A DNA stretch of 64,000 bases from Podarcis pityusensis (lineage: Eukaryota). Of the stretch, positions 24,918 to 36,769 are shown one piece after another. Position numbers and translations under genes: made by a program. Position 1 is the stretch's first letter. Every line of letters starts with the position of its first letter. The notes beneath the pieces were generated by a model. That model was not told the origin of the DNA, did not search any database, and saw only the letters and a program-made list of their open reading frames with translations. Where the stretch lies: NCBI GenBank assembly GCA_964106645.2, contig OZ067043.1; one strand, written 5' to 3'.

Positions 24918-26234
24918 CTGGAAAAGCAGAATGGGACACTGAACCAACTCATAAGATTGTTTCCCCCACTTTACAGGTAGAATGGCAATGAAGAGGAAGA
25001 AAGGAACCTTCCAAATGCCATTTAACCCCTAGGCCAGTTCAAAGCTGGTAAGGGACTCCTCTCCACCCATAAGAACTTACGAAGAGTCTGCATCCTGTTC
25101 TCACAGTGGCAAACCTGATGACTTTGGGAAACCCGCAAAGAGGATCAGAATGCAACAGTGCTTGTGATTTCCAGCAACTGACATTGCAGCTGGCAGACAA
25201 TGATAGCCTGTCTCTCCCTCTTCCTGTCTTTCTATTAATCTGTCCATTATTTTTCTAATTTGCTTTCTGACTACAGAACGAGGCTCCAATAATGGCCACA
25301 TTATGATGTGGTAATTTAATCTTCAGGATACACTGACTCCTTCAGGGAGGCTATAATATAATGCCTCCTTCGTAATCAGCACCATTTGTCTGTAATTCTC
25401 CTCATTCATGCTGGAGAAATAACTAAATCTGGAAGAAACAGAATTTTGTTGATCGTCCGCTCACAGTACAGAGAAATGTTTTGGAAGGCAACCCTCAGAC
25501 TTGAGTTGGACATAACATCATAACCTACAGTTGGAATTTGCTGAAATGAACTGTTTCTGAATTATTACAGGTTTGTATTGAACTGTGTCCTTTTTTACTG
25601 AATTGCTGGATTTTGCTTACTGAAATGCTCTTGTGTTTGTTTATATCATTAGACTGATGAAGTGTTGTTTTTATCTGTTATTGCTGTGTGTATTTGTTAC
25701 TGTTGGCAGCCACTCAGAGCTCAACTTAGGACACTTTCAGACTGTTGCAATTTTCAGATAGGATTCAATTACATCTGGCAAATTCAGGCTGCACAGTCAA
25801 AGTTAATTGGGCAACAAATCCACTTCCTCAAAGGATCAGACTTTTTGAAATAAGGAAAGTGATGGGGAAATGCACTAGAAAGTATGGGATGAAACTTCCC
25901 TTGATGCCACATCCTCTAACCTCCCTGCAAACAAATCAGCATAAATGCTCAATAAACAGGTTTCCCGGAAGCTCCCTTTTGTTGTTCAAAAGCAGCATAC
26001 AAATATTAAATCAAGTATATAGTAAGATCAAAGATTAGAACTCTTCTCAATACCTTCTTCATTAACTTGTTTTACTCATTGACCCAAGGTACTCATTTTC
26101 TTATTTATATGGGGTGCTCTTCCCATTTTTAACTGATCTGGGCTGAAAGTGACCCTTCCCAGAGAAGGTAATTTCTAAGCGGAAGACTAAGGCAACCCCA
26201 GCATTCAAAGGAACAGGGCTCTCTAGATACTCAC

Positions 26235-26354
26235 TCAGTTTGGATCAGGATGTCAGTGTTCTTGGGGTCCAGCACACACTTGCAGATCAGTTCCTGAGTG
26301 ACGGGAATGGCCACATGGTTCGACACACACAAATCGGACAGATAGTCTAAAAAC
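26235..26354 (-). CDS. ITPR3: ITPR3 exon 17 (120 nt)
   Basis: [40 protein letters not shown]; ag / gtgagt. Confidence 0.95.
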
Positions 26355-27334
26355 CTGGGAGACATAGGAGAGGTTTTATCATATCATCTTCCAACCTACA
26401 AGGACTACCTTCCACCCAGGTGTATCTGAGCTGCTTTTGGCTGGATTACGGGCAGGAAATCCATCATATTCCTGACCCCACATTGACACATAGCAATCAA
26501 ACATCAAGAACGTCATTCCTAACATCATAGAAATGGGCACATAGAAGTAAATCCTACTGCAACATTTTATATTTAAGGACAACCCGATGCATCTGTTATG
26601 TCAGCTATCAACATGCACTGTGTAAGTTTTTTCCCCACCTTGTCTGATTCAGACCATCCTTTTGAACAGTTTTCCTGCGCGTTTACTGCCACAGTTCCTT
26701 CAGCTCCTCCACCTACATGACTAACACAGCTATCCTCCAGCAATCGGCTGTCAACCCCACTATATCCACAGCACTTCAGTTCCCTTTAGTCAAACAAACC
26801 TAGAAGACTGACTGGCTTGTGGTTTTTCACACTGACAAAAGGATAGAGTTCACATACAGCAGGAGAAGGGAACCTTTTTCAGCCACATTCTCTCGGGGGA
26901 AACTTTCCAGGGGCCTGCAGGGCAGTGATGGCGGGGGCAGAGGCAAAAGGGGAGCAAAAGGTGTGGGACCCTTTGTACAGCAACTTTCAGAGGTTCTCAC
27001 ATATACCCACGCCCGACTCTCCAGCCTCCATCCAAGCATGCAAGAGGCATTGCCACAACATACAGATGCCATAGAAGGCACCACACGGAAGGAAAAAGTA
27101 AAAGCATTGGGAAATACGTTTCCCTCTGTATTAGTACCTTGAACTGTATCTAGGATCACCAGCTAGCCAGAAAAGGCAGCCTCATTTTTCAGTCTTTAGC
27201 AACAGCTTGATTTAGCAGCTAAAGCTCTTTACCATGGAGATAGATATTATCACCTGCTAACTGCTGCGGATTAAAAGGCCTGGTTCTAAAGCTGGCAGCT
27301 CTGGCTGCCTCCCTGCCAGTGGGGCGACACACAC

Positions 27335-27507
27335 CTGGGTTCCCGGTTCTTTCGCACCAAGCTCACAAATGTCTCCACCTCCGTCTTGGTGATGTGTTTC
27401 TCAAGCAGCTTGCGGTTGTTGTGCAAGAGGGCAGTGATGGTGTCCTCGGCCAAGATGTCGTAGCCAATCTGGGACTGCATCATGCCAAACTGCTTGGCAA
27501 TATGTTC
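27335..27507 (-). CDS. ITPR3: ITPR3 exon 16 (173 nt)
   Basis: [58 protein letters not shown]; ag / gtgtgt. Confidence 0.95.
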
Positions 27508-27677
27508 CTGAGGGACGAGGACAGCGCACCCGAGTTAGAACTGCAAGTCTTAATTCCTCACTGTTTGAATGCTTTGTTTCCCACATGCATCATCATTATG
27601 CCTAAAGGTCTCAGAAAAATAGAACCCCCAAGTTCTATCTCCCACAGACTTAAATCCTCATGTCGGTGAAGCCCTAC

Positions 27678-27839
27678 CTGGTTCTTGCGATAGTCTTCCT
27701 GGGAGTGCCGCAGCACCCTGTAGCAGAGCCGGAACATATACTGGTAGGGAGCATTCTTCTGGTCAGACAGCTCTTCCAGTCGTACGAGTGGGCCTTCCCC
27801 ACCCTTGTCCTTGAATGGAGCCTTCAGGATCCCAAAGAT
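27678..27839 (-). CDS. ITPR3: ITPR3 exon 15 (162 nt), IP3-binding DYRKNQ motif
   Basis: [54 protein letters not shown]; ag / gtaggg. Confidence 0.95.
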
Positions 27840-28750
27840 CTACCCAATGGAAATGGAAGTTACCAGTCAAACTGAAAAGGACCTGCAGGACCAGTTCTGG
27901 AGAGTGGCCGTGGAGGACTTCTGTTAGGCCCCATGATGGCTGTGCTGTGAGGTCCCATTGGGTCCCATTCCATCCCCATGCTCTTTAACATCCATGGAAA
28001 TGGACCAGGACTAGGAGATGGTGAGGAAGATACCTCATGATAATGGCTATCTTGCACCCGCCTCTGGCATGCTCCACCTTGGCCTCTGTGCCTTTATTAA
28101 GGACCTTTTTGATCCACTGAGCTACATTCCCTTCAGTTATTAGGGGTACATATACAAGGGAGTTAAAACATCTCACAGTTTACAGTGGCACTTCCAGAAG
28201 GCGCTGTTCTAAAGTGGTCATTCTTCCCCTTTGCTCTTTAAACTGAGGCAACAGACAAAGTAGAATAAACTTTTCATTCTGAGGAATTCATAATGGCAGG
28301 CTCCCTTCACCTTACTATGATTACCTAATCTAGGTCCAGGTGCAGAGAAAAAGGTTCCTGCCTGTTGCTCAGAAAAATACAAAATAATGTTGAAAATGGA
28401 GACTGAGCTCCTCAGATACCCTATCACAGTGGAACGAGCAATCAGAAGCTACAAGAGGGCAGTTGCTCCTCCAACTGTCAAGGACAAAGCTTCTAAAGCT
28501 AAGTTGCAATGTTATAAAGCAAAGCCTTTCCTTGGAAGAAAAACAAATTCCAGGATAACCACATACTCCAATGTTGGAGAAAGACCTATAATGTGCAGGA
28601 CGTGTCTGTACATGTTTACTCCGAAGTAAGGTGCTTTACTCCCTTGTAGCCTCAGAAAAGAATTGTGGCTGGAGAAGTAGTAAAAACACTCCACTTAATA
28701 CCGCAATGATCTTGTCTCCATCTTAAGTCTTTCTCTCTAGACCCAATCAC

Positions 28751-28892
28751 CTGTTTCAGAATGTTCTGCTCCCTCATGAGCTTCTGCCTCTCCCGGTTAG
28801 GCTTGGTAACAACGATATCCAAAACATTCTGCCCATTGTTGGGCACATCACTGACAAAGAAAACCAGGTCTTCCAGCAGCTGGATCACAAAC
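28751..28892 (-). CDS. ITPR3: ITPR3 exon 14 (142 nt), IP3-binding RERQKLMR motif
   Basis: [47 protein letters not shown]; ag / gtgatt. Confidence 0.95.
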
Positions 28893-29328
28893 CTGCCAGA
28901 CAAGTTATAGTGAGCATCATCAATAAATGACCCCCACTCCCTCAAACCAGGGTTATTAACACCATACATACACACCCCACATATGAAGTTAACAAGAAAC
29001 CAAATCAACATAGATGTGAACTACGGACTTAATAATTTGCCTTGTTTCCTTACAATTCAAAGCTACACCAAATTCTACATCCAAACATTTTCAAATTCTG
29101 CAGCAAGAAACATCAAATTATGTGTCCAAGACAAATTATACAAATCAAAATAAAATGCTCAGGCTACCTCATGGACATGAAACTTGTTTTCCTGCAAAAT
29201 GCAACCTGCTATTGGTTCTTCAAGTTGATGGACCTAAAACCACACGTGTTGATTGCATCTGTCAGTGAATCCCATTCCACCATTGCCTTCCCATACACAG
29301 TGAATCAAAATACTTGGGGTATTTTTAC

Positions 29329-29489
29329 CTCCGGTCATTCTGGCTGAGGAATCCTTCATTCATCTTCTCCACTACATTGGCTAACATGTAGCTGGCATCA
29401 TTGGCAAAGTCCAGATCACGGATTTCTGACACTGGCACGGAGACAATGGCAAATGCCTCTTTGTCCTCCTTGGTGGGGCATGTGCCAAG
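29329..29489 (-). CDS. ITPR3: ITPR3 exon 13 (161 nt)
   Basis: LGTCPTKEDKEAFAIVSVPVSEIRDLDFANDAS...FLSQNDRR; ag / gtaaaa. Confidence 0.95.
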
Positions 29490-29582
29490 CTGAAAAAGAG
29501 AACCTGGTCATCCAATACCAAAGTTTGCTTTGTCCCTCAAATAAGCAAGTCTGTGCTTCTTGGCAATTTACACTTCCTAGAA

Positions 29583-29718
29583 CAGGCATGGCCAAACTTG
29601 GCCCTCCAGTTGTTTTGGGACTACAATTCCCATCATCCCTGACCACTAGTCCTGTTAGCTAGGGATGATGGGAGTTGTAGTCCCAAAACAGCTGGAGGGC
29701 CAAGTTTGGCCATGTCTC
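29583..29718. mobile_element. Palindromic hAT-type MITE (136 bp)
   Basis: Near-perfect fold-back arms; 8-bp TSD tcctagaa / tcctggaa. Confidence 0.85.
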
Positions 29719-30390
29719 TCCTGGAATATGTTGGTCCAAGAGGCACATGCCACCCACCCCAGCCTTTCTTTTCAGTGCCAGATCAAAAAGTGCCCAGGTC
29801 AAGTGAGTGTCTGATTTGGGTGAGAGACATAAGTTCTGGACTCTTTTTTATTTGTGAGCGGGGGGAGGGATTAGCTGATGATTCTGCTCATGGGTTGGTT
29901 TGTTTTAAAATCATTTTTATTCTTCTGATTCTTATAGTTGGTGTTGCATAGTGTGCCACTGTATTTTTATATGTATATATATTTCATCGTATTCCTTGTA
30001 TTGTGAGCTACCTTGCGTGTCCAGTTTTTTTAGAGAGAGGCAAGAAAGAAATGTCTTAATAAATAAAATCAAGCATGACGTTACACTGCCACAATAATAT
30101 GACCAACCGATCCATCTAGCTCATAACTCTGTCTCTTAGCTGCAATCAGTATTGGACGCTTCCAACATAGCTTACAAGAAAAAGAACTGTGGAACTGCCC
30201 ATACAGGCTTCTAGCAGTCAGAAGCAGTAGCAGCCTTTGTGGTAGGACAGAGCCACAGGGCCACCTTCCTGATACTAACAGGGTTGGTGGAAATGCCAGA
30301 TTGGTTCCTGTAGCAAGCTGGCACTCCCTTCACCAAGGACCAGTTGTCTGTTAATAGCAGAATCAGCCACCGGCCCAGAAATAAACTTAC

Positions 30391-30490
30391 CATAAGGCGA
30401 ATGGGTCGCTCTTCATCCACATCAATGGGTACATTGGTACTTTGGATCCAAGTGTTGGTGCAGAGGTGACGCAGTCGGACATAGGAGTTC
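30391..30490 (-). CDS. ITPR3: ITPR3 exon 12 (100 nt)
   Basis: [33 protein letters not shown]; ag / gtaagt. Confidence 0.95.
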
Positions 30491-31194
30491 CTGAAACCAC
30501 AAGAAGGTAAGAATGAAGAAGATATTACCCTCCTTCTATTTCAGCTTTTAAACACCTGTTGAGAACTTTTCTATTCTGCCAGGCTTTTAAATTAATACAT
30601 CTTTCCATGATTATTAGTTGATGTTCTTTGTTTTTAAATTTGCATCTGTTTTTATTATAAATAGATATTATTGCAAACTGCTTTGATATTTTTAATGATA
30701 TAGTGGTATATAAATACTGACTTAAATGAGACCGAAGCAGTTAAAGCCGTAAATTCCATTGATTTCAATGGGATTACACTTCCTCTCTGAACTGCACTCA
30801 TTGGACTGACACCCTTTTGAACACTTGCACCCATTTTGCTCTCCATCACACCCTGGGCTATGAGAAGAGCCTCTTACCCCAACTCTGTAATGGGGAGGAA
30901 AGCCCTTCCAAAAACCATGTGTCCTTCCTCCCCTTTGAAAAGCATTGCTTTTTCCTTCTGGCACAGGATCATTGTTAGGTTTTAGAGAGGAAACACTTTC
31001 CTGAGCTTCTCTACAACTTTACAACAATGGTGCTATGCCCCATTTTGGAAATCAGTGGTAGGCCACTAAAAACAGCTTCCTGGGCTGTGGCCAGACCATG
31101 GGCACAGTCTCATCACTTCTGAATCCTATTTCATACTTGTATTTACTCTGTTGTGTGCATTCTCTGCCTGCTCCACTCCTGTTCTGCCTGATGC

Positions 31195-31625
31195 GTAAGA
31201 TTATGCCCCACGTAGAGAAAGTGGATAGAGAAACATTTTCCTCCCTCTCTCATAATGCAAGAACTCAGAAGTTTCAGGACAGACAAAATAAAGTACACAG
31301 CCTATAGCTGAACTATGGAATTCACTCCCACAAGATGTAGATTGATGGTCACCAACCTGGATGGTTTTCAAAGAGAATGAGACAAATTTCATGGTGATAA
31401 GGCTCTCTCAGTGACTACCTGCAGGAGTGATGTTCTACCTCAACTAAGGCTGTATGCCTCTTAATACCAATTGCTGGGGATTACAAGTGGGAAGAATTCT
31501 GCTGCATTTAAGTCACGCTTGTGAACTTTCCATAGGCACTGAGTTGGCCCCTATGAGAACAAGATGCTGAATTAGCTGGGCCTTTGGTCTCATCCAGCCA
31601 GGACCTTCTTAACCTTTCTTTTCTT
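31195..31625 (+). mobile_element. Degenerate CR1 LINE 3' fragment
   Basis: gagaaagtggatagaga...ttcaggacagacaaaa...tggaattcactcccacaagatgt...gacaaatttcatgg, typical squamate CR1 3' region. Reverse-oriented relatives at about 39715-40340 and 53115-53465. Confidence 0.65.
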
Positions 31626-31726
31626 ATGCCTCGGCTTTGCACACAGCAATGCCTTTCTCTCTGGATTATGTCCTATATCTCCATTCTGGCTTGGATTCTT
31701 TGGACGTCCTGGATAAAGCAACTTAC

Positions 31727-31869
31727 CGTGGGACAAAAGAGTCGGTCTTCTGCAGTGTGGTGGGATCCAGTTCAAAAAGGGAAGCGATGTCATTGCCGTG
31801 AGGCACAGCCACCAGTCGATATTTGATCTTTTCCCCTGTGTATCTCCGACTGGAGCGACTTGTTCCGGC
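31727..31869 (-). CDS. ITPR3: ITPR3 exon 11 (143 nt)
   Basis: [48 protein letters not shown]; ag / gtaagt. Confidence 0.92.
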
Positions 31870-32706
31870 CTGTTCCAAAATAAGGCATTTTTTTCAGTTA
31901 TGTGTGAGCAAAAACCACCAAAGTTCATGCAACAAAAATAGTCATGAACTTGCTATGGGATCTTCAGGGAGTTCCAGGGCACCAACCTACAGCAAGCCAG
32001 TCCAGGTATGAAAATTTATTTAGTCAATTTTGCTTTTGTTATTGCAGTAATTGCTGCTGTTCTCTGTGTTGTGGTTTTTCTTGTAATTTCAGTGAACTGT
32101 TGATTATTTAGTCCTAATTTTAAAATTCCGCCATTTTTACATGCCCCTTCAACACACACACACGACCTAAAAGTCTAAAATGAAAGAACAAAGCAAACAA
32201 AATGTAGTTTTAGTATTCCACAGCTGCTGGCCATGAGTTTGGGATACAAAATTCTAAAGCAATTTAAGCCAGATGAGAGGGAGAGAAGAGGAGCATGGGA
32301 GAGGGAAAAATCTTAACGACTGGCACCTGTCCAGGCCAATTCATCGTGGCATACACTGGCATAGAAATTTCATTGATAATGTCATAACCTGGGAACCCAG
32401 TTAGAGGCACTGAGGTAAGAGTGCTGTGAAAACTATTACTAAGAGAAATGCTTCATGCTCCCCATGGTTTTGTTTTTAGTATTGTTTTTAATGCTGTAAG
32501 TTTTAAAAAGATTTAGGTAGGTAGCCATGTTGGGTCTGACACAATAGAAATATATATAAAAAATAAAAACATGAAATCTCATACCAAGAACAAACTTAGC
32601 TGGCCTCTAAGGTGCTACTGGACAATTTTTTTATATAGTTTAAAAAAGGAAAGTGAACTTTTTAAAAGCCCAATCTAAAACGTTGCCTCCTACATATTGC
32701 TAAGCC

Positions 32707-32842
32707 CAGGCATAGGCAAACTCAGCCATCCAGATGTTTTGGGACTACAATTCCCATCATCCCCGACCACTGGTCCTGTTAGCTAGGGATGACAGGAGTT
32801 GTAGTCCCAAAACATCTGGAGGGCCGAGTTTGCCTATGCCTG
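32707..32842. mobile_element. Palindromic hAT-type MITE (136 bp)
   Basis: caggcataggcaaactc...gagtttgcctatgcctg; perfect 8-bp TSD gctaagcc. Older relatives near 13000, 18225, 20800, 23600, 24550, 39085, 47100, 55790, 60315. Confidence 0.88.
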
Positions 32843-32889
32843 GCTAAGCCAAACTATCACAAGCAAGCCAAATGCAACAGACAACTTAC

Positions 32890-32934
32890 CGTGGACTTTG
32901 GTTCTCCTGTGTCTCCTTTGTAACTGGGGTTTTC
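32890..32934 (-). CDS. ITPR3: ITPR3 exon 10 (45 nt)
   Basis: ENPSYKGDTGEPKST; ttccag / gtaagt. Confidence 0.92.
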
Positions 32935-33955
32935 CTGGAAAGTTGAAGAAATAAAAATATCAGCATATTTTTTTATCCGTGATATGACACTAAAAGTCCA
33001 GAGGTTGAATAACACAGTTTATAATGCTACACATTCAGACACCTGTGCAGCTGCTTCAGCTGCTTTGGCCAGATCACCATACTATCCAAAGGCACAAGGA
33101 AACAGGATTTGGACGAGAGATGTTTGAGTGAGCTGCAACCTGCCAGGCCACATTTTTTGGAGCTACTAAACACTGAGCATAATCCACTAAAAGGGAAAGC
33201 AGATATTGGCTCAAAGTGAACAAACAAAGAGAATCCTTCCTCTGTAGCCACTAATCAAGCCGAGAAAGGGAAAAGGCTATAAAGTGATGAAAGGCTTCAT
33301 AACAGAAGAGGCCGTACCAGTAGGCTTGAGTTGCTGGGAAGTGCCTGGCATGAGCAGCAGAGACCAGCAATAATATTGTTTATGGCCCTGGTCCATCACT
33401 GTAAGCAAGAAAGAGCTATGAGAGCAGCCTAGAGTCACCCAAGAACCATTTATAACAGTGAAGGCAAGATCAGTTCTAAGAAGATGGCTCCCCTTAAGCT
33501 GTTTTCACATAAAGAGTGGCTTCAGCACAGTAAACCTCACAATGCACCATAACTTCCCTACTGACAGAGGAATTTGAGCAAGGAGGAAATAGGAGTGTGG
33601 ACCCCGATTTGGAGTACAGTCACACACTCCTACTTCTGAATGGCTGTTCGTGTAAACAGCATCAGAGAAGAGTCTGGAGAGTCTCTGTCCACCATAAGAA
33701 AAATGGCAGGCCCCTCTATAGAGAGTGCAGGAGAGCCCTGGGGTATTCTCCATAGGATGTCACTTATATGGAACATATACTGTTAAGAATGCATTCACTT
33801 AAGAAGTACGGCATAGTCAGATCATGGGAGTATACCTAGTTCGATTTGCATGTGCTTATATGAAGGCACGAACTAAAAACTGCCTAGTTTGTGATCTTGA
33901 AAATATGAAGTACACTCTGCAGAATTTGAGTGCAATGCTAACTCCCCACCCAGTA

Positions 33956-34636
33956 TAGTGGTACCTTGGATTACATATGCTTCAGGTTACATACACTTCA
34001 GGTTACAGACTCCGCTAACCAGCGGCGTAGCGTGGGTTGTCAGCACCCGGGGCAAGGCAAGTAATTTGCGCCCCCTAATCCGGGACAAGGCAAGTAATTT
34101 GCGCCCCCTAACCCGGGGCAAGGCAAGTAATTTGCGCCTCCTAACCTGCCGCCGCTGCCAGCTTCTTCTTGCTGCTGCCTGGTCTGGTCTGGTGTGGTTC
34201 TCTCCCGCGCTCAGCGCTGCGCTGGGTGGCCGCTGCACTGTCCCTCCCCCAGATAGTCCCTCGCTCTCTCTCCGCACCGCACGCCTGGCACCCACCCCCT
34301 CCACAGTGGGCGGCGACCCAGCGGCTCGGATCGGATTCGCACAGCCAGCACTGCAGTGAGAGAGAGTGAGTGAGCCAGGTAGGGGCAGAGAGCTACGAGT
34401 GCGAGCGCGCCCCACCCAGATGTTGCGCCCGGTGCGGCAGGCCCCCCCTGCACCCCCCACGCTACGCCACTGCCACTAACCCAGAAATAGTACCTCGGGT
34501 TAAGAACTTTGCTTCAGGATGAGAACAGCGGCAGCGGGAGGCCCCATTAGCTAAAGTGGTGCTTCAGGTTAAGAACAGTTTCAGGTTAAGAACGGACCTC
34601 TGGAACGAATTAAGTACTTAACCCGAGGTACCACTG
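33956..34636. mobile_element. Tc1/mariner-type MITE carrying a nested hAT element
   Basis: TA|tagtggtacct...gaggtaccactg|TA; collinear with 15967-16191 once the insert is removed. Confidence 0.85.
34020..34472. mobile_element. GC-rich non-autonomous hAT-type element
   Basis: 17-bp TIR CAG(C/T)GGCGTAGCGTGGG; 8-bp TSD ccgctaac / ccactaac. Confidence 0.88.
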
Positions 34637-35097
34637 TACAACACTCACCACGTCGGCAAACCTACACTCACAGCAACCAGGGCAAAAGATGGGGGTGAGG
34701 TAGGCAGGTGTGGCATGAGCCTGGATCTGGCATGGCAATTAGGCCTGGATAACAGGGGAGCAAGTACAGGTCACCAGGCAGCATTGTGGACACCAGGTAA
34801 TTGACAGGTGAGAGTCCTTACCCACCAGTCAAACTTAGACTGCAGGGGCGGGGAGATGCGCAGAGGAGATAGTGATGCAGCCTGCAATTCTGGAATGTTA
34901 TAATGCTTTAGGGTCTGCGACACTTTGCTAAAGAAAGAGGAAACGTCAAACTGATACTACATCAAAAGATCCTAACATATTCCCAAATTTTAGCTTGAAG
35001 TTCAGCTTTAACGTAGTGCTGATTAGTTAAGGGAACCCAAACCACAACCTACTAGAGCCTACACAGAACCTGCTAGAGTCTACTCAGTTCCTCTTAC

Positions 35098-35193
35098 CTC
35101 TGCTGCCAAATAGTTCCCCGTGGCAAGGTGCTTGAAGCGGTATAAGCCATTCCAATGCCCAGCTCCACCACGGCAGGGATCATGATGGACCAC
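35098..35193 (-). CDS. ITPR3: ITPR3 exon 9 (96 nt)
   Basis: [32 protein letters not shown]; ag / gtaaga. Confidence 0.95.
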
Positions 35194-35519
35194 CTGAAAA
35201 GCAAAATCAGTGTGTTGTAAGTCACAGGTCTGATACTTGCCTTTTTGCAAGTGCTGGCCAAAGCACAGGAATGCTTCAATCCTCTGGCTCTTCAAGGCCA
35301 CCTGGCTACCTGAGCTGTCCATGCCACTTGACTAAAGCATTAGTCACCAATGCTGCACAGAAGCCCTCCTTGTGATTGGCTCTGGTCATGGAATTTATAG
35401 ATTTAAACGAAGGACACATCAACATTTGGTAACACTTCAGATTTATTTTGCTGAGAAGTGAAGCAAGAGATGCTTTTAAAAGCATCTGAGAATCCTCCAG
35501 AAAAATCATCTTTCAAAGG

Positions 35520-36024
35520 ACCTGTTGATGGCATTTTACCATTGTACTGATGAGAGTGTATTAACTTATGGTCTCTGTGTGTGGTTTGGGAGCTGCGCGG
35601 TCAGGGAAAAAACAATGCTGTCCAGGGTTGTAAAGACTGCGGAGAGAATAATTGGGTGCACTCTTCCCACCTTGGATCAAATCTATGCTTCCAGGTGTCA
35701 TAGGAAAGCTGCAGAGATAGTGCAGGATAGTGCGCACCCCAGAAATGATCTCTTTCAGCTTCTGCCTTCTGGAAGAAGGTACAGGGTTATTAAGACTAGG
35801 ACTAGCCACCTGAGAAACAATTTCTATCCAAATGTGATTTTGGTTTTAAACTCAGTGTAAGGTAGTCTCTATGGGAGTATACTGTATTTAATTATGGGGT
35901 ATCAGAGTTTTTAGGGGGCTAAACAGCTGGGAAAGCAGGCTTGTTGGTTTTGAATGTCTGATGTAGATTTTTTCAATTTCGTTGTTCTCTATGGGACAAT
36001 GACAATAAAGATTATCGTATCGTA
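35520..36024 (+). mobile_element. Rex1/Babar-clade non-LTR retrotransposon 3' fragment
   Basis: FY..T.ESVLTYG..VWFG...L.RVVKTAERIIG..LP.L..IY..RC.RKA..I..D..HP...LFQLLPSGRRYR.I.TRT..L.N.FYP is the typical Rex1 C-terminus. It is followed by a 3' UTR ending gacaataaag and a short tatcg repeat. Confidence 0.8.
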
Positions 36025-36622
36025 AAATGTTAGGCAAACTCTGACAATGAGTAATAACAAAGCATTATCTGATGACACTATTGTTATACATTTACCCAGG
36101 ATACACTCTTCTTTTCTAGCCTAGCTTTGGCTCTTGTGATGAGGCTATTCTTTGTCACCAAAGAGGCATCAATAGCAAGGAGACCTGGTCTCTCTAGCTC
36201 CCCGAAGGCTTCAGTAGGAGTTATGTGCCATCTCCTAGTATGCAGAGTAATCCAATAGGAATCTTTAGACCACTTTATTTTAGCTAAGAATTCGAAACTT
36301 GAGAAATTTCACATTATCCCAGTGCTTAATTTCTAAAAATCTTTGTTCCAAGGTTGGTCTAAAGCTTTGAAAGTAAATGCCAAGGCTAAGCCCGTGTGAG
36401 CACAATTAATCCTTCATTGTCCCTAATTAAAACAACCTAGAATGCAATGCTGTCTCCCATGGACATTCCTGTTGTTGATCATCAAGGAGACACAGAATTG
36501 GGACACCAAAACACATAGACCTGCCATGTAAGCTAAGGTAATAATGCATTCAGATTAAATAAACAATATAGGGAAAGGGAACTTTTTGCAAGCAAAAACC
36601 TGCAAATAGGCCGGGCACTCAC

Positions 36623-36769
36623 CTCAACTTCCCAGAGTGCATTGGAGCTTGTGGCTGATGTGGCCGATTGCCGCAAGGTAGTTCGAAGAAAAACATGCAG
36701 CTTGGCTTTGTATTCATCACAGGTGAGAAATTTCTCCTGCTCTGCATGGAACAACCTGACCACGTCCCC
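36623..36769 (-). CDS. ITPR3: ITPR3 exon 8 (147 nt), IP3-binding RTTLR motif
   Basis: [49 protein letters not shown]; ag / gtgagt. Confidence 0.95.

Noticed and set aside
32327-32388. Possible extra exon between exons 10 and 11 (cag...gtgcca)
   Set aside because: In-frame TGA, length not a multiple of three, weak donor
34046-34144. CRISPR-like array of 33-bp repeats
   Set aside because: Repeats are directly adjacent with no spacers, lie inside a eukaryotic transposon, and no cas genes are present
33958-34460. 133-aa and 157-aa ORFs
   Set aside because: By-products of a GC-rich transposon and its 33-bp tandem repeat
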